Shown here piece after piece: positions 31,945-41,687 of a DNA stretch of 64,000 nt. Source of the stretch: an uncultured bacterium (GTDB lineage: Bacteria > Omnitrophota > Gorgyraeia > Duberdicusellales > CBEUCJ01). The stretch spans positions 31,795-95,794 of the forward strand of contig CBEUCJ010000002.1 of the NCBI GenBank assembly GCA_965541615.1. The letters are read 5' to 3'. The position numbers and the translations under genes are program-made. Each line of letters starts with the position of its first letter. The first letter of the stretch is position 1. A model generated the notes under the pieces. That model made no database searches, had not been told where the DNA came from, and was given only the letters and a program-made list of their open reading frames with translations.

Positions 31945-33598
31945 ATTTTTTAAAGAGTTCAACTATTTCATCATAATCTAGTTCTTCTTTTTTTAATAAT
32001 TCTTGTGCAAAAGCTTCTAAAAGATCTCTTTCTTTGGTGAGTAAATCTTCTACTTCTTTTAGACAGTCTTTTAAGATCTTTTGAACATCTTCATCTAATC
32101 TTTCTTTAATTTTATCTGATAAGAGAATATTTCTTCCTCCATACCAGCTCGTATCATCAGACTCAAAATTGCCAATTAGTCCTGAAGGCCCCATTCCCCA
32201 TTTCCATACCATATTATGGGCTATTTGGTAAGCTCTTTTAAAATCTTGATCTACTCCATTTGAAGTCTTTCCAAATTTTAGTTTTTCGGCTACATAGCTT
32301 CCTAATAAAGTTTTAATTTCAGCTAATAATCTTTCTTTATCTGATATGTGTATTTCTTCTTTAGGAACAGGCATAGCATAACCTAAATACCCTTTTCTAG
32401 GAATAATGGTAGCTTTTACTACATCATCTGTGGGATGAGTTAAATACGCTACTATTGCATGACCAGCTTCATGATAAGCTACCCATTCTTTCTCTCTTTC
32501 ACTCAAAGTGATGTTAGATTTTAATCCGAACATGACTCTATCATAAGCTTCAGATAAATCTTCCATAGTGACTTTTTCTCTACCTTTCCTTACAGAGATC
32601 AAACTGGCTTCTCTTACACAGTTAGCAATATCTGCAGGACTAAGTCCTACAGTTTTGCGAGCTAAAACATCTGTATTTACAGAGTTAGGATCAAAATTTA
32701 CTTTTTTAAGATAAAATTCAAACAATTTCTTTCTTTCTTCTAAATTAGGATAACCAACATATATTTTTCTATCAAATCTTCCTGCTCTCATTAAAGCCCT
32801 ATCTAATTCGTCTTCTGAAACGTTTGTAGCACCTATGACTACGATATTATGTTCTTTTTGTCTTAAGCCATCTAATTCAGTTAAAAGTTGATTTATAGTA
32901 GCATTATAATCCATTCCTGCTCCAAAGCCTGAGACTCCAACTCTAGGTCTTGCTATAGTATCTATTTCATCTATAAATATAATACATCCTCCATATAATT
33001 CAGCTAAAGCTCTAGCTCTTTTAAAGAGGTTCCTTAATCTTTGAGCTCCTAACCCTACAAATATTCCCATAAATTCACTTCCTACAGCAGATAAAAAAGG
33101 CACACCAGCTTCAGTAGCTATAGCCTTTGCTAGATACGTTTTTCCACAACCAGGAGGTCCTATTAATAAGACTCCTTTTATGACTTTTCCTCCCACTTTT
33201 TTTAATCTTGCTCTATCTTTTATTAATTGAATTACTTCCCATACATCGTTCTTTATACTTTCCATTCCAATTACGTCTTCCCATTTTACATTTACTTGTA
33301 AGGGCTTTATCTTTTTCTGCCCCATTTTGGCTAAACCTCCTCCAAACCACAGCCAGAACCACATATAGACATAAATAGTAGCAAAGATAAAAGCAGTCAC
33401 AATGCTGAATAGAAGTTGGATAGGTACACTCGCTAACTGCATTCGTTTGTAAAAAGCTTCTAATTGCATAAATTGCTTTATACCATTGATGACTAAGATA
33501 ACTGAAAGTACAAATAATATCCCTAAGATTGTAAAGATAATAATTCTTATCCAATATAGTTTTACAAATACTTGAATTTTTTTAGAATTTATCTTCAT
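31916..33598 (-). CDS. ftsH: FtsH-family ATP-dependent zinc metalloprotease
   Basis: Two TM helices, [11 protein letters not shown] pore loop, [20 protein letters not shown]; start moved to ATG 33598 because the ORF-track start (33631) lies on the -35 box. Confidence 0.88.
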   Translation of the reverse strand: MKINSKKIQVFVKLYWIRIIIFTILGILFVLSVILVINGIKQFMQLEAFYKRMQLASVPIQLLFSIVTAFIFATIYVYMWFWLWFGGGLAKMGQKKIKPLQVNVKWEDVIGMESIKNDVWEVIQLIKDRARLKKVGGKVIKGVLLIGPPGCGKTYLAKAIATEAGVPFLSAVGSEFMGIFVGLGAQRLRNLFKRARALAELYGGCIIFIDEIDTIARPRVGVSGFGAGMDYNATINQLLTELDGLRQKEHNIVVIGATNVSEDELDRALMRAGRFDRKIYVGYPNLEERKKLFEFYLKKVNFDPNSVNTDVLARKTVGLSPADIANCVREASLISVRKGREKVTMEDLSEAYDRVMFGLKSNITLSEREKEWVAYHEAGHAIVAYLTHPTDDVVKATIIPRKGYLGYAMPVPKEEIHISDKERLLAEIKTLLGSYVAEKLKFGKTSNGVDQDFKRAYQIAHNMVWKWGMGPSGLIGNFESDDTSWYGGRNILLSDKIKERLDEDVQKILKDCLKEVEDLLTKERDLLEAFAQELLKKEELDYDEIVELFKKYGKEKSSPN

Positions 33599-33607
33599 AC
33601 TCTTTAA

Positions 33608-33636
33608 AAAATAGCATATTTTAAATACCATGTCAA
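33608..33636 (-). promoter_or_regulatory. Sigma70-type promoter of the ftsH-like gene
   Basis: Minus strand: TTGACA (33636-33631), 17 nt ending TGC, TATTTT (33613-33608); ATG 9 nt downstream. Confidence 0.65.
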
Positions 33637-33661
33637 ATTAGGTATTTTTTGGATTTTAAAC

Positions 33662-33690
33662 TTGACAGATTAAATGTTAAATGTTAGTAT
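33662..33690 (+). promoter_or_regulatory. Sigma70-type promoter of rex
   Basis: TTGACA (33662-33667), 17 nt including extended TG, TAGTAT (33685-33690); ATG 9 nt downstream. Confidence 0.75.
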
Positions 33691-33708
33691 TTGTGAAATA
33701 TGGAACAA
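33691..33708. promoter_or_regulatory. Imperfect Rex operator overlapping the rex start codon
   Basis: TTGTGAAATATGGAACAA vs consensus TTGTGAA-N4-TTCACAA; perfect left half, 4/7 right half. Confidence 0.6.
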
Positions 33709-34377
33709 ATTAAGAATAAAAAATTAAATAAAAAAAGAAGTATTCAATTTTCTCCAGAGACGATAAAAAGGTTAAGTTTGTATTTGAGAAGTTTGAAAAG
33801 ATTGAGAGATGAAGGAGTAGAGGTGGTTTCGTCTGATAGAATAACTCAATCTTTGAACATAACTTCAGTTCAATTTAGAAAAGACCTTTCTTACTTTGGA
33901 GAATTTGGAAGGAGAGGGGTAGGTTATAATGTAGCAAAGTTGATAGAAGAGATAGAGGAGATATTAGGTACAAACAGAAAATGGAAGATAGCTTTAGTAG
34001 GGGTTGGAAGATTAGGGAGCGCTTTGTTAGGGTTTCCAGGGTTTAGAAGTTTTAACGTAAAGATAAGTTGTGCTTTTGATGTAGATCCAAAAAAAGTAGG
34101 AAAAATTCAAAATGGGGTAAAGATTAGAGACGTTAATAAAGATTTAAAAAAAGTAATAAAAAAAGAAAAAATAAAGATAGCTATAATTTGTACTCCTCCA
34201 GAAGTAGCTCAACAGATTACAGATTCTCTCATAGATGCAGGAGTAAGAGCTATATTGAATTTTGCTCCTATAAATTTAAAAGTTCCTCAAAATGTATTAG
34301 TTTCAAATGTCGATGTAGCTTGTGAATTAGAGAGTTTAATTTTTTTTCTTAAACAAAGTTTGGAAAATGAGAATTAA
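33700..34377 (+). CDS. rex: Redox-sensing transcriptional repressor Rex
   Basis: TIKRL..Y.R.L, Q.RKDLSYFG.FG.RG.GY, VGVGRLG.AL, AFD.DP.K.G, ILNFAP. Confidence 0.97.
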   Translation: MEQIKNKKLNKKRSIQFSPETIKRLSLYLRSLKRLRDEGVEVVSSDRITQSLNITSVQFRKDLSYFGEFGRRGVGYNVAKLIEEIEEILGTNRKWKIALVGVGRLGSALLGFPGFRSFNVKISCAFDVDPKKVGKIQNGVKIRDVNKDLKKVIKKEKIKIAIICTPPEVAQQITDSLIDAGVRAILNFAPINLKVPQNVLVSNVDVACELESLIFFLKQSLENEN

Positions 34378-35374
34378 AAAAATTGCATTTTTTGAGATAG
34401 AAGGTTGGGAGAAAAGGTATTTAAAAAATAGACTTAAAGAATTTACCACAGAATTTTTTCGTGATCCTTTGACTTTAGAAGATACAGATAAAGTCAAAGA
34501 TGTAGATTTACTATCTGTATTTATCTACTCTAAAATAGATAAAAGAATTTTATCTAAGCTTCCTAAGCTAAGATTTATAACTACTCGTTCTACAGGCTTT
34601 GATCATATAGATTTGAAAGAATGTAGAAAAAGAAAAATAACAGTTTCTAATGTTCCTTTTTATGGTGAGAACACAGTAGCTGAGCACACTTTCGCTTTAA
34701 TACTCTCTTTGTCAAGAAACGTACATAAGTCTTATTTGAATTCATTGAGAGGAGATTTTTCTATTAAAGGATTGAAAGGCTTTGATTTAAAAGGTAAAGT
34801 TTTAGGAGTAATAGGTGCAGGTAGAATAGGGCTGCATGTAATTAGAATAGCCAAAGCTTTTGGAATGGAAGTTTTAGCTTACGATACAAATCAAAATAAA
34901 TTTTTAGCCCAAATTTTAGGATTTGAATATGTAGATTTTAAGGAACTTTTAAAAAGATCAGATATAATAACTTTACATGTTCCTTATAATAAATCTACAC
35001 ATCATCTTATTAATAAAGAAAACATAAAATTAATAAAGAAAGGAGCTATTTTGATTAACACTTCAAGAGGAGCTGTAGTAGATACAGAAGCTTTGATAGA
35101 AGCTTTAGATAAAAAAATTTTATCAGGAGTAGGTTTAGACGTTTTGGAAGGAGAAGAGTTGATAAAAGAAGAAAAACAACTTCTTTATGATAAAAAGAAT
35201 TTAGAAGTTTTAGCTAATCTTGTAAAGAGTCATATTCTTTTAAGTAGAGAAAATGTGGTATTTACTCCTCATATAGCTTTTTATAGCCAAGAAGCTTTAG
35301 AGAGAATATTAGAGACTACGGTACAAAATATACTAAGTTTTTGTTTAGGTAAACCTCAGAATATAGTTGCATAA
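34367..35374 (+). CDS. D-2-hydroxyacid dehydrogenase (D-lactate dehydrogenase-like)
   Basis: TRSTGFDHID, NVP.YG...VAEH, GAGRIG, INTSRG, DVLEGE, TPHIAFYS. Confidence 0.92.
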   Translation: MRIKKIAFFEIEGWEKRYLKNRLKEFTTEFFRDPLTLEDTDKVKDVDLLSVFIYSKIDKRILSKLPKLRFITTRSTGFDHIDLKECRKRKITVSNVPFYGENTVAEHTFALILSLSRNVHKSYLNSLRGDFSIKGLKGFDLKGKVLGVIGAGRIGLHVIRIAKAFGMEVLAYDTNQNKFLAQILGFEYVDFKELLKRSDIITLHVPYNKSTHHLINKENIKLIKKGAILINTSRGAVVDTEALIEALDKKILSGVGLDVLEGEELIKEEKQLLYDKKNLEVLANLVKSHILLSRENVVFTPHIAFYSQEALERILETTVQNILSFCLGKPQNIVA

Positions 35375-35399
35375 TTTAATTTAATTTTTTTAAAAGAGT

Positions 35400-35417
35400 T
35401 TGTGATAAAATTCACAA
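35400..35417. promoter_or_regulatory. Rex operator upstream of the hydrogenase genes, containing an extended -10 element
   Basis: TTGTGA-TAAAAT-TCACAA palindrome; TGnTAAAAT (35403-35411) lies inside it; AGGAGG RBS follows. Confidence 0.88.
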
Positions 35418-35442
35418 TTAGAATAAAAAAGGAGGCAGTTCT

Positions 35443-35931
35443 ATGCAAGAAGTTTGTTGGAAAGAGAAAGTGGAAGAGATAATTAAAAAATTTGGTAAGG
35501 GTTCTCAAAGTTTGTTACCTTCTTTAAGAGCAATTCAAGAAACTTTAGGGTATATATCTCAAGATAGTATTGAATTTCTTTCCCAAAAGTTGGAGATAGC
35601 TCCAGCTGACATATTCAGTACACTTACTTTTTATGAGATGTTTACTACTAAAAAAGAACCTAAATACACAATAAAAGTATGCAATTCTATATGTTGTTAT
35701 TTAAAGAATTCTAATTCTTTAATAGAGGTAATTAAAGAAGAATTGGGAATAGATGTGGGAGAAACTACTCCTGATGGACTTTTTACTCTTAAAGTAGTAG
35801 GATGTTTAGGTTTATGTGAAAAAGCTCCTAGTATGCTCATAAATGATAAAGAATATGTGAATTTAGATGAAGAGAAGGTAAGAAAAATAATAAGAGAACT
35901 CAAGGAGGGAGAGATTCATGAAAGAATTTGA
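35443..35931 (+). CDS. hydC: Hydrogenase NuoE-like [2Fe-2S] subunit (HydC/gamma)
   Basis: L..IQ...GY, TFY..F, VC.SICC, GETTPDG.FTL..VGCLGLC..AP. Confidence 0.9.
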   Translation: MQEVCWKEKVEEIIKKFGKGSQSLLPSLRAIQETLGYISQDSIEFLSQKLEIAPADIFSTLTFYEMFTTKKEPKYTIKVCNSICCYLKNSNSLIEVIKEELGIDVGETTPDGLFTLKVVGCLGLCEKAPSMLINDKEYVNLDEEKVRKIIRELKEGEIHERI

Positions 35932-37153
35932 ACCTATCCTTTTAAAAGGAGCCCAAAACCCAGAGTCTTACCTATTGAAAAATTATTTAAAAATAGGTGG
36001 ATATAAAGCTTTAGAAAAAGCTTTAGAGACAGAACCTGTCAAGATTATAGAAGAGGTAAAAAAATCAAAATTAGTGGGTAGAGGAGGAGCAGGTTTCCCT
36101 ACAGGTCTAAAATGGGAGTTAACCAGAAAGCAACCTTCAGAGAAAAAATATATAATTTGCAATGCTGATGAATCAGAACCTGGAACATTTAAAGACAGAG
36201 TGTTGCTGGAGAAAAATCCTCATTTAGTAATAGAAGGAATTATAATTGCAGCTTATGCGATAGGAGCACAAGAGGGTATAATCTTTATAAGAGGAGAATT
36301 TTCTTCTACTTATCGAATTTTTAAAAATGCTTTAGAAGAAGCTTACAGAAATAACTTTTTAGGAAAAAATATTTTGAATAAGAATTTTAATTTCGATTTA
36401 AAAATCTATAGAGGAGCAGGTGCTTACATGTCAGGAGAAGAAACTGCTTTATTAGAATCTATAGAAGGTAAAAGAGCATGTGCGAGAGGAAAACCTCCTT
36501 ATCCTTGTCAAACGGGTCTCTTTGAAAAGCCTACATTAGTAAACAATGTAGAAACCCTATGCAACATTCCTGCAATTGTATTAAATGGAGCTGATTGGTA
36601 TCTTAAAATTGGAAGCTCAATGTGTCCTGGGCCTAAACTCTTTGCGCTATCTGGTGATGTGAATAAACCTGGTGTCTATGAGCTTCCTTTAGGGATCAAT
36701 TTAAGAGAGTTAATAGAAAAATATGGAGGAGGAGTAAAGGGTGAATTTAAATGTGTTTTACCAGGTAGTGTTTCAAGCAGGTTTCTTAAAAAAATAGATA
36801 TTAATCTTGATTATGAAACTTTAAAAAAAGAAAAAAATATGTTAGGGGCAGGAGCAGTTATAGTGATAAATAAAACTCGTTCTATTCCAGAGCTATGTTT
36901 TAATATCATAGATTTTTTTGCTCGTGAATCTTGTGGGTTTTGTGTTCCTTGCAGGTTAGGGACACAAAAGTCTAAAGATATATTAAAAAAATTCTTAGAA
37001 AAAAAAGCTCAAGTTTCAGATTTAGAGATTTTAAAAGAGTTAGCTCAGGTAATGTTTGATACTTGCAGATGTGGTTTAGGGCAATTTGCTTTAAATGCTA
37101 CAGTTAGCGGAATAGATTTATTTAGAGAAGAATTTTTAGAAAGAGCAAGTTAA
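35918..37153 (+). CDS. hydB: Hydrogenase NuoF-like FMN/NADH subunit (HydB/beta), short form
   Basis: GRGGAGFPTG.KW, NADESEPGTFKDR, GAGAY.SGEETAL, ESCG.C.PCR.G...C.LG; 411 aa with no ferredoxin extension. Confidence 0.92.
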   Translation: MKEFEPILLKGAQNPESYLLKNYLKIGGYKALEKALETEPVKIIEEVKKSKLVGRGGAGFPTGLKWELTRKQPSEKKYIICNADESEPGTFKDRVLLEKNPHLVIEGIIIAAYAIGAQEGIIFIRGEFSSTYRIFKNALEEAYRNNFLGKNILNKNFNFDLKIYRGAGAYMSGEETALLESIEGKRACARGKPPYPCQTGLFEKPTLVNNVETLCNIPAIVLNGADWYLKIGSSMCPGPKLFALSGDVNKPGVYELPLGINLRELIEKYGGGVKGEFKCVLPGSVSSRFLKKIDINLDYETLKKEKNMLGAGAVIVINKTRSIPELCFNIIDFFARESCGFCVPCRLGTQKSKDILKKFLEKKAQVSDLEILKELAQVMFDTCRCGLGQFALNATVSGIDLFREEFLERAS

Positions 37154-37172
37154 AAGGAGGCTGAGATTAATT

Positions 37173-38903
37173 ATGGAGATGGTAGAAGTTATAATCGATG
37201 GAAAAAAAGTAAAAGTTCCCAAAGGGACTCTGATTTTACAAGCAGCAAAAAAAGCTCAAGTAAATATCCCTACTTTATGTTACTTAGAAGATTTGACTCC
37301 TCAAGGTGCTTGTAGAGTTTGTGTTGTAGAAGTTGAGGGAGAGTCTAAATTAACAGCTTCGTGCATGAGAGAGGTGGAATCTGGCATGGTTATTCATACC
37401 AATTCTCCAAGAGTAAGAAAAGCAAGGAAAATGATAGTAGAACTTCTTCTTTCTGAACATATTTCAGATTGCCCTACTTGTGAAAGAGCAGGTAGTTGTG
37501 AATTGTTAAATCTTGCTTATGAGTTAGGAGTAACCGAAGTCAGGTTTCCTCCTTCTCAAAATTTAAATAAACCAAAAGATACCACAAGTCTTTCTCTAAT
37601 TAGAGACCCTAATAAATGTATACTCTGTGGAAGATGTGTAAGAGTATGTAGCCAAATCCAGAAAGTAGAAGCTATTAAATTTGTGGGAAGAAACATAGAT
37701 CTGAGAGTGTCTGCTGTTATGGACAAAGGTTTGGGGAATGTTCAATGTACAAATTGTGGACAGTGTTTGCAGGTATGTCCTGTAAATGCGATTAAAGAAA
37801 AGAGTGCTCTTGAAGAAGTATGGAAGAATATAGAAGATCCTTCAAAACACGTTGCAGTTCAAATAGCACCCTCAGTTAGAGTTTCAGTCGGTGAAGAGTT
37901 AGGATTTGAACCAGGAGAATTAGTAGTAAAAAAGATATATACTGCTTTGAGAAGATTAGGATTTGATGCTGTTTTTGATACTAATTTTGGAGCTGATTTG
38001 ACGATAGTAGAAGAAGCTTGGGAATTAACTGAAAGAATAAAAAATTCTACTAAGCCTTTACCTCAACTTACTTCTTGTTGTCCAGGTTGGATAAAATTCA
38101 TGGAGGATTTCTATCCAGATTTAATACCACATGTATCTTCTTGTAAATCACCCCAACAAATGTTAGGAGCTTTAATAAAGACTTATTATGCTAAAGAAAA
38201 AGGAATACCTCCTGAAGATATAATCTCTGTTTCAATTATGCCATGCACAGCTAAAAAGTTTGAAGCAGAAAGACAAGAAATGTCAGATTCAGGTTTTAAA
38301 GATGTAGATTATGTATTGACAACTAGGGAATTTGTTAGGATGATAAAGCAAGCTAGAATAGATTTTAAAAATTTAGAGGAAACTGAAGCTGATTCTATCT
38401 TAGGTCTTTATACAGGAGCAGGAACTATCTTTGGAGCTACAGGAGGAGTTACAGAAGCAGCTTTAAGAACAGCTTATTTTTATCTTACAGGCAGAAATCT
38501 TGAGAAAGTAGAATTTGAAGAAGTAAGGGGAATGAAAGGAATAAAAGAGGCGAAAGTAAGTATAAAGGATTTGGAAATAAGAGTAGCAGTAGCTCATGGT
38601 TTAGGGAATGCAAGAAAATTGTTAGATCAAATAAGAGAGGGAAAATCTCCTTATCATTTTATTGAAATCATGGCTTGTCCTGGAGGGTGCGTAGGAGGGG
38701 GAGGTCAGCCCAATGGTTTTGATTTAAAGCTGAGAAAAAAGAGAGCAGAGGGTCTGTATCGAGAAGATAAAAGTTTGCCTTGGAGATATTCTCATGAAAA
38801 TCCGAGTATAAAGACTTTATATGAAAAGTTTCTTAAAAGACCTGGTAGCGAATTATCTCATAAACTCTTACATACTCATTATTATAAGAGGGAGTATAGA
38901 TAG
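37173..38903 (+). CDS. hydA: [FeFe]-hydrogenase catalytic subunit (group A, four accessory FeS clusters)
   Basis: H-cluster motifs TSCCPGW, MPCTAKKFE, EIMACPGGCVGGGGQP; N-terminal [2Fe-2S], H...C..C.....C and two [4Fe-4S] motifs. Confidence 0.97.
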   Translation: MEMVEVIIDGKKVKVPKGTLILQAAKKAQVNIPTLCYLEDLTPQGACRVCVVEVEGESKLTASCMREVESGMVIHTNSPRVRKARKMIVELLLSEHISDCPTCERAGSCELLNLAYELGVTEVRFPPSQNLNKPKDTTSLSLIRDPNKCILCGRCVRVCSQIQKVEAIKFVGRNIDLRVSAVMDKGLGNVQCTNCGQCLQVCPVNAIKEKSALEEVWKNIEDPSKHVAVQIAPSVRVSVGEELGFEPGELVVKKIYTALRRLGFDAVFDTNFGADLTIVEEAWELTERIKNSTKPLPQLTSCCPGWIKFMEDFYPDLIPHVSSCKSPQQMLGALIKTYYAKEKGIPPEDIISVSIMPCTAKKFEAERQEMSDSGFKDVDYVLTTREFVRMIKQARIDFKNLEETEADSILGLYTGAGTIFGATGGVTEAALRTAYFYLTGRNLEKVEFEEVRGMKGIKEAKVSIKDLEIRVAVAHGLGNARKLLDQIREGKSPYHFIEIMACPGGCVGGGGQPNGFDLKLRKKRAEGLYREDKSLPWRYSHENPSIKTLYEKFLKRPGSELSHKLLHTHYYKREYR

Positions 38904-38908
38904 ATTTT

Positions 38909-40216
38909 ATGAGAAGAACTCCAAAAAGTAATAGACTCCACATATCTATTTTTGGAAGAACAAACGTTGGAAAATCTAGTGTATTAAATTTTATCACAGC
39001 TCAAGAAGTTTCCATTGCATCTCCTTTTAAAGGTACTACCACAGATGTTGTAGAAAAACCCATGGAACTTTTACCTATAGGACCTGTAGTTTTTTTGGAT
39101 ACGGCTGGTTTAGATGACAATACAGAATTAGGAGCTTTGAGATTAAAAAAGACTTTTAAAGTTTTTGATAGGACAGATATTTTAATCTTAGTATTAGAAC
39201 CTGATGTTTGGACAGATTATGAAGAAAAGGTAGTTAGAATAGCCAAAAACAGCAAAATTCCTTTTATTTTTCTTATAAATAAAATAGATTTAAAACAGCC
39301 TTCTCAGAAGTTTTTGGAAAAATTAATGAGTATAAATAAAAATATAGTCTGTTTTTCATCAGTAGACTATCCAAACAGAGACAAATACATTAGAGCTCTT
39401 AAAGAACTTATTTTAAAATTATGCCCTGAAGATTTTTTAAAGCCTCCTCCTTTAATAGGAGATTTATTACCTTCAGGAGGGTTAGCTATTTTGGTAGTAC
39501 CTATAGATCTGCAGGCTCCAAAAGGAAGATTGATCTTACCTCAAGTTCAAACTATAAGAGATGCATTGGATAATGATTCAGCTTGTTTAGTAGTAAAAGA
39601 AAAAGAGTTTCCTTATGTTTTAAAACTTCTCAAAAAAACACCAGATATTGTGGTTTGTGATTCTCAAGTAGTATTAAAAGTATGTGCAACAACTCCTCTT
39701 AATGTAAAATGCACTACTTTTTCTATTCTTTTTGCAAGGTATAAAGGAGATTTGGTAGAGCTTGCAAAAAATGTTGCTTTTATAGAAAAACTTAAACCTG
39801 GCGACAAAATTTTAATAGCTGAAAGTTGCACGCACCATCCAATAGAAGATGATATTGGCAGAGTAAAGATTCCTCGTTGGTTAAAGCAGTATGTAGGAGG
39901 TGATTTAAAAATAGATGTGTATTCAGGAAGAGATTATCCAGAGAATCTAAAAGAATATAAGTTAATCATTCATTGTGGAGCTTGCATGCTTACAAGAAGA
40001 GAGATGTTATCAAGGATCTATAAAGCAAAAGAAGAAAATATTCCTATAACTAATTATGGGATTTGCATTTCTTTTTTACAAGGAGTGATAAAAAGAACTT
40101 TAGTTGCATTTCCACAAGCTTTAGATGCATTTGAGAGAAATTTAGAAAATATTCGTAGTGAATTGGTAAAAATTAATTATGAAAGGAGAAGAGAATATGA
40201 GATTGGTAGAGTATGA
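38909..40216 (+). CDS. hydF: [FeFe]-hydrogenase maturation GTPase
   Basis: GRTNVGKSS, GTTTD, DTAG, NKID, APKGRLILPQV, ESCTHH, HCGACM. Confidence 0.97.
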   Translation: MRRTPKSNRLHISIFGRTNVGKSSVLNFITAQEVSIASPFKGTTTDVVEKPMELLPIGPVVFLDTAGLDDNTELGALRLKKTFKVFDRTDILILVLEPDVWTDYEEKVVRIAKNSKIPFIFLINKIDLKQPSQKFLEKLMSINKNIVCFSSVDYPNRDKYIRALKELILKLCPEDFLKPPPLIGDLLPSGGLAILVVPIDLQAPKGRLILPQVQTIRDALDNDSACLVVKEKEFPYVLKLLKKTPDIVVCDSQVVLKVCATTPLNVKCTTFSILFARYKGDLVELAKNVAFIEKLKPGDKILIAESCTHHPIEDDIGRVKIPRWLKQYVGGDLKIDVYSGRDYPENLKEYKLIIHCGACMLTRREMLSRIYKAKEENIPITNYGICISFLQGVIKRTLVAFPQALDAFERNLENIRSELVKINYERRREYEIGRV

Positions 40217-41687
40217 TACTCAGATTAAAAGAATAAAGGAAGACGAAATCAAAAAATACACTGAAAATGGCAAAGACTTTATAAATGATCAAGAAATTAT
40301 AGAAAAAATAGAAAAAAATAAAAATCCTGATCCTAAAAAAGTAAGAGATATTTTGCAGAAATCTTTAAGTTTGGAGACTTTAACACCAGATGAGACTGCA
40401 ACACTTTTAAATGTCAATTCTGCAGAACTTTTGGAAGAGATGAAGGAAACTGCTTTAAAAGTGAAGAAAAAAGTATATGATAACAGAATAGTAACTTTTG
40501 CTCCTCTTTATTTGAGTAATCTGTGTATTAACAATTGTCTTTATTGTGGTTTTAGAAGAGATAATAAGATGGTAAAAAGAAAATTATTAAGTTTTGAAGA
40601 GATAGAAGAAGAAACCAAAGTTTTGGCAGGAAAGATCGGTCATAAAAGGTTGATAGTAGTGTATGGAGAACACCCTTTAACAGGTATAGATTACATAGCA
40701 AGAAGTATAGAGACCATTTATAAAGTAAAAGTTGAAGTGAATCAGAGAATAAATCAAATAAGGAGAGTAAATGTTAATGCCCCACCTCTTTCAATTGAAG
40801 AACTAAAAATTTTAAAACAAGTAGGGATTGGCACCTATCAAGTTTTTCAAGAGACATACCATCATAAAACTTATGAATCCTTACATCCTAAAGGAACTAT
40901 AAAGTCCAATTATCAATGGAGATTATATTGTATGCACAGAGCTTTAGAAGCAGGCATAGACGATGTAGGAATAGGAGCTCTATTTGGATTATATGACTGG
41001 AGATTTGAAGTTATGGGTCTTTTATATCATGCACGAGAGTTGGAGAAAAAATTTGGGATAGGACCCCATACCATTTCTTTTCCCAGATTAGAACCAGCCA
41101 TTAACACTCCTTTTACTCAAAATTCAAAATATAAAGTTTCAGACCAAGATTTTGAAAAATTAATTGTAATTTTGAGGTTATCAGTCCCTTATACTGGAAT
41201 GATTTTAACAGCAAGAGAAAGCCCCCAAATCAGAGATAAAACTATACCTTTAGGAATTACTCAAACAGATGCTTCTAGTAAAATAGGAATAGGAGCTTAT
41301 AGTCAAGATATCAATTCTCAACAACCAGAAAGACAACAGTTTTTATTGGGAGACACAAGAAGTTTAGATGAATTAATAAGAGATTTAGCAAAAAAAGGTT
41401 ATATTACTTCATTCTGCACAGCAGGTTACAGATGTGGAAGAACAGGCAAATGTATAATGGAGTTATTAAAAACAGGTAAAGAAGCAATCTTTTGCAAGAT
41501 AAACGCTATTCTTACTTTTAGAGAATGGTTAGATGATTTCGCAACCAAAGAAACAAAAAAGATAGGTGAAGAACTAATAGAAAAGGAGATAAAAGAATTA
41601 AAAGAAAAATTGCCTTACAATACTTTCTTAAAATTTATTGAATTTTATGAAAGAACAAAAAGAGGAGAAAGAGATCTTTACTTCTGA
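40197..41687 (+). CDS. hydG: [FeFe]-hydrogenase radical SAM maturase
   Basis: FAPLYLSNLCINNCLYC, FQETYH, GPHTISFPR, SFCTAGYR..RTG, C..NA.LT..E, GERDLYF; start at ATG 40197 after an AAGGAG RBS. Confidence 0.96.
   Translation: MRLVEYDTQIKRIKEDEIKKYTENGKDFINDQEIIEKIEKNKNPDPKKVRDILQKSLSLETLTPDETATLLNVNSAELLEEMKETALKVKKKVYDNRIVTFAPLYLSNLCINNCLYCGFRRDNKMVKRKLLSFEEIEEETKVLAGKIGHKRLIVVYGEHPLTGIDYIARSIETIYKVKVEVNQRINQIRRVNVNAPPLSIEELKILKQVGIGTYQVFQETYHHKTYESLHPKGTIKSNYQWRLYCMHRALEAGIDDVGIGALFGLYDWRFEVMGLLYHARELEKKFGIGPHTISFPRLEPAINTPFTQNSKYKVSDQDFEKLIVILRLSVPYTGMILTARESPQIRDKTIPLGITQTDASSKIGIGAYSQDINSQQPERQQFLLGDTRSLDELIRDLAKKGYITSFCTAGYRCGRTGKCIMELLKTGKEAIFCKINAILTFREWLDDFATKETKKIGEELIEKEIKELKEKLPYNTFLKFIEFYERTKRGERDLYF

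Noticed and set aside
35443-37153. nuoE/nuoF of respiratory complex I
   Set aside because: No other nuo genes; they directly precede an H-cluster protein and its maturases
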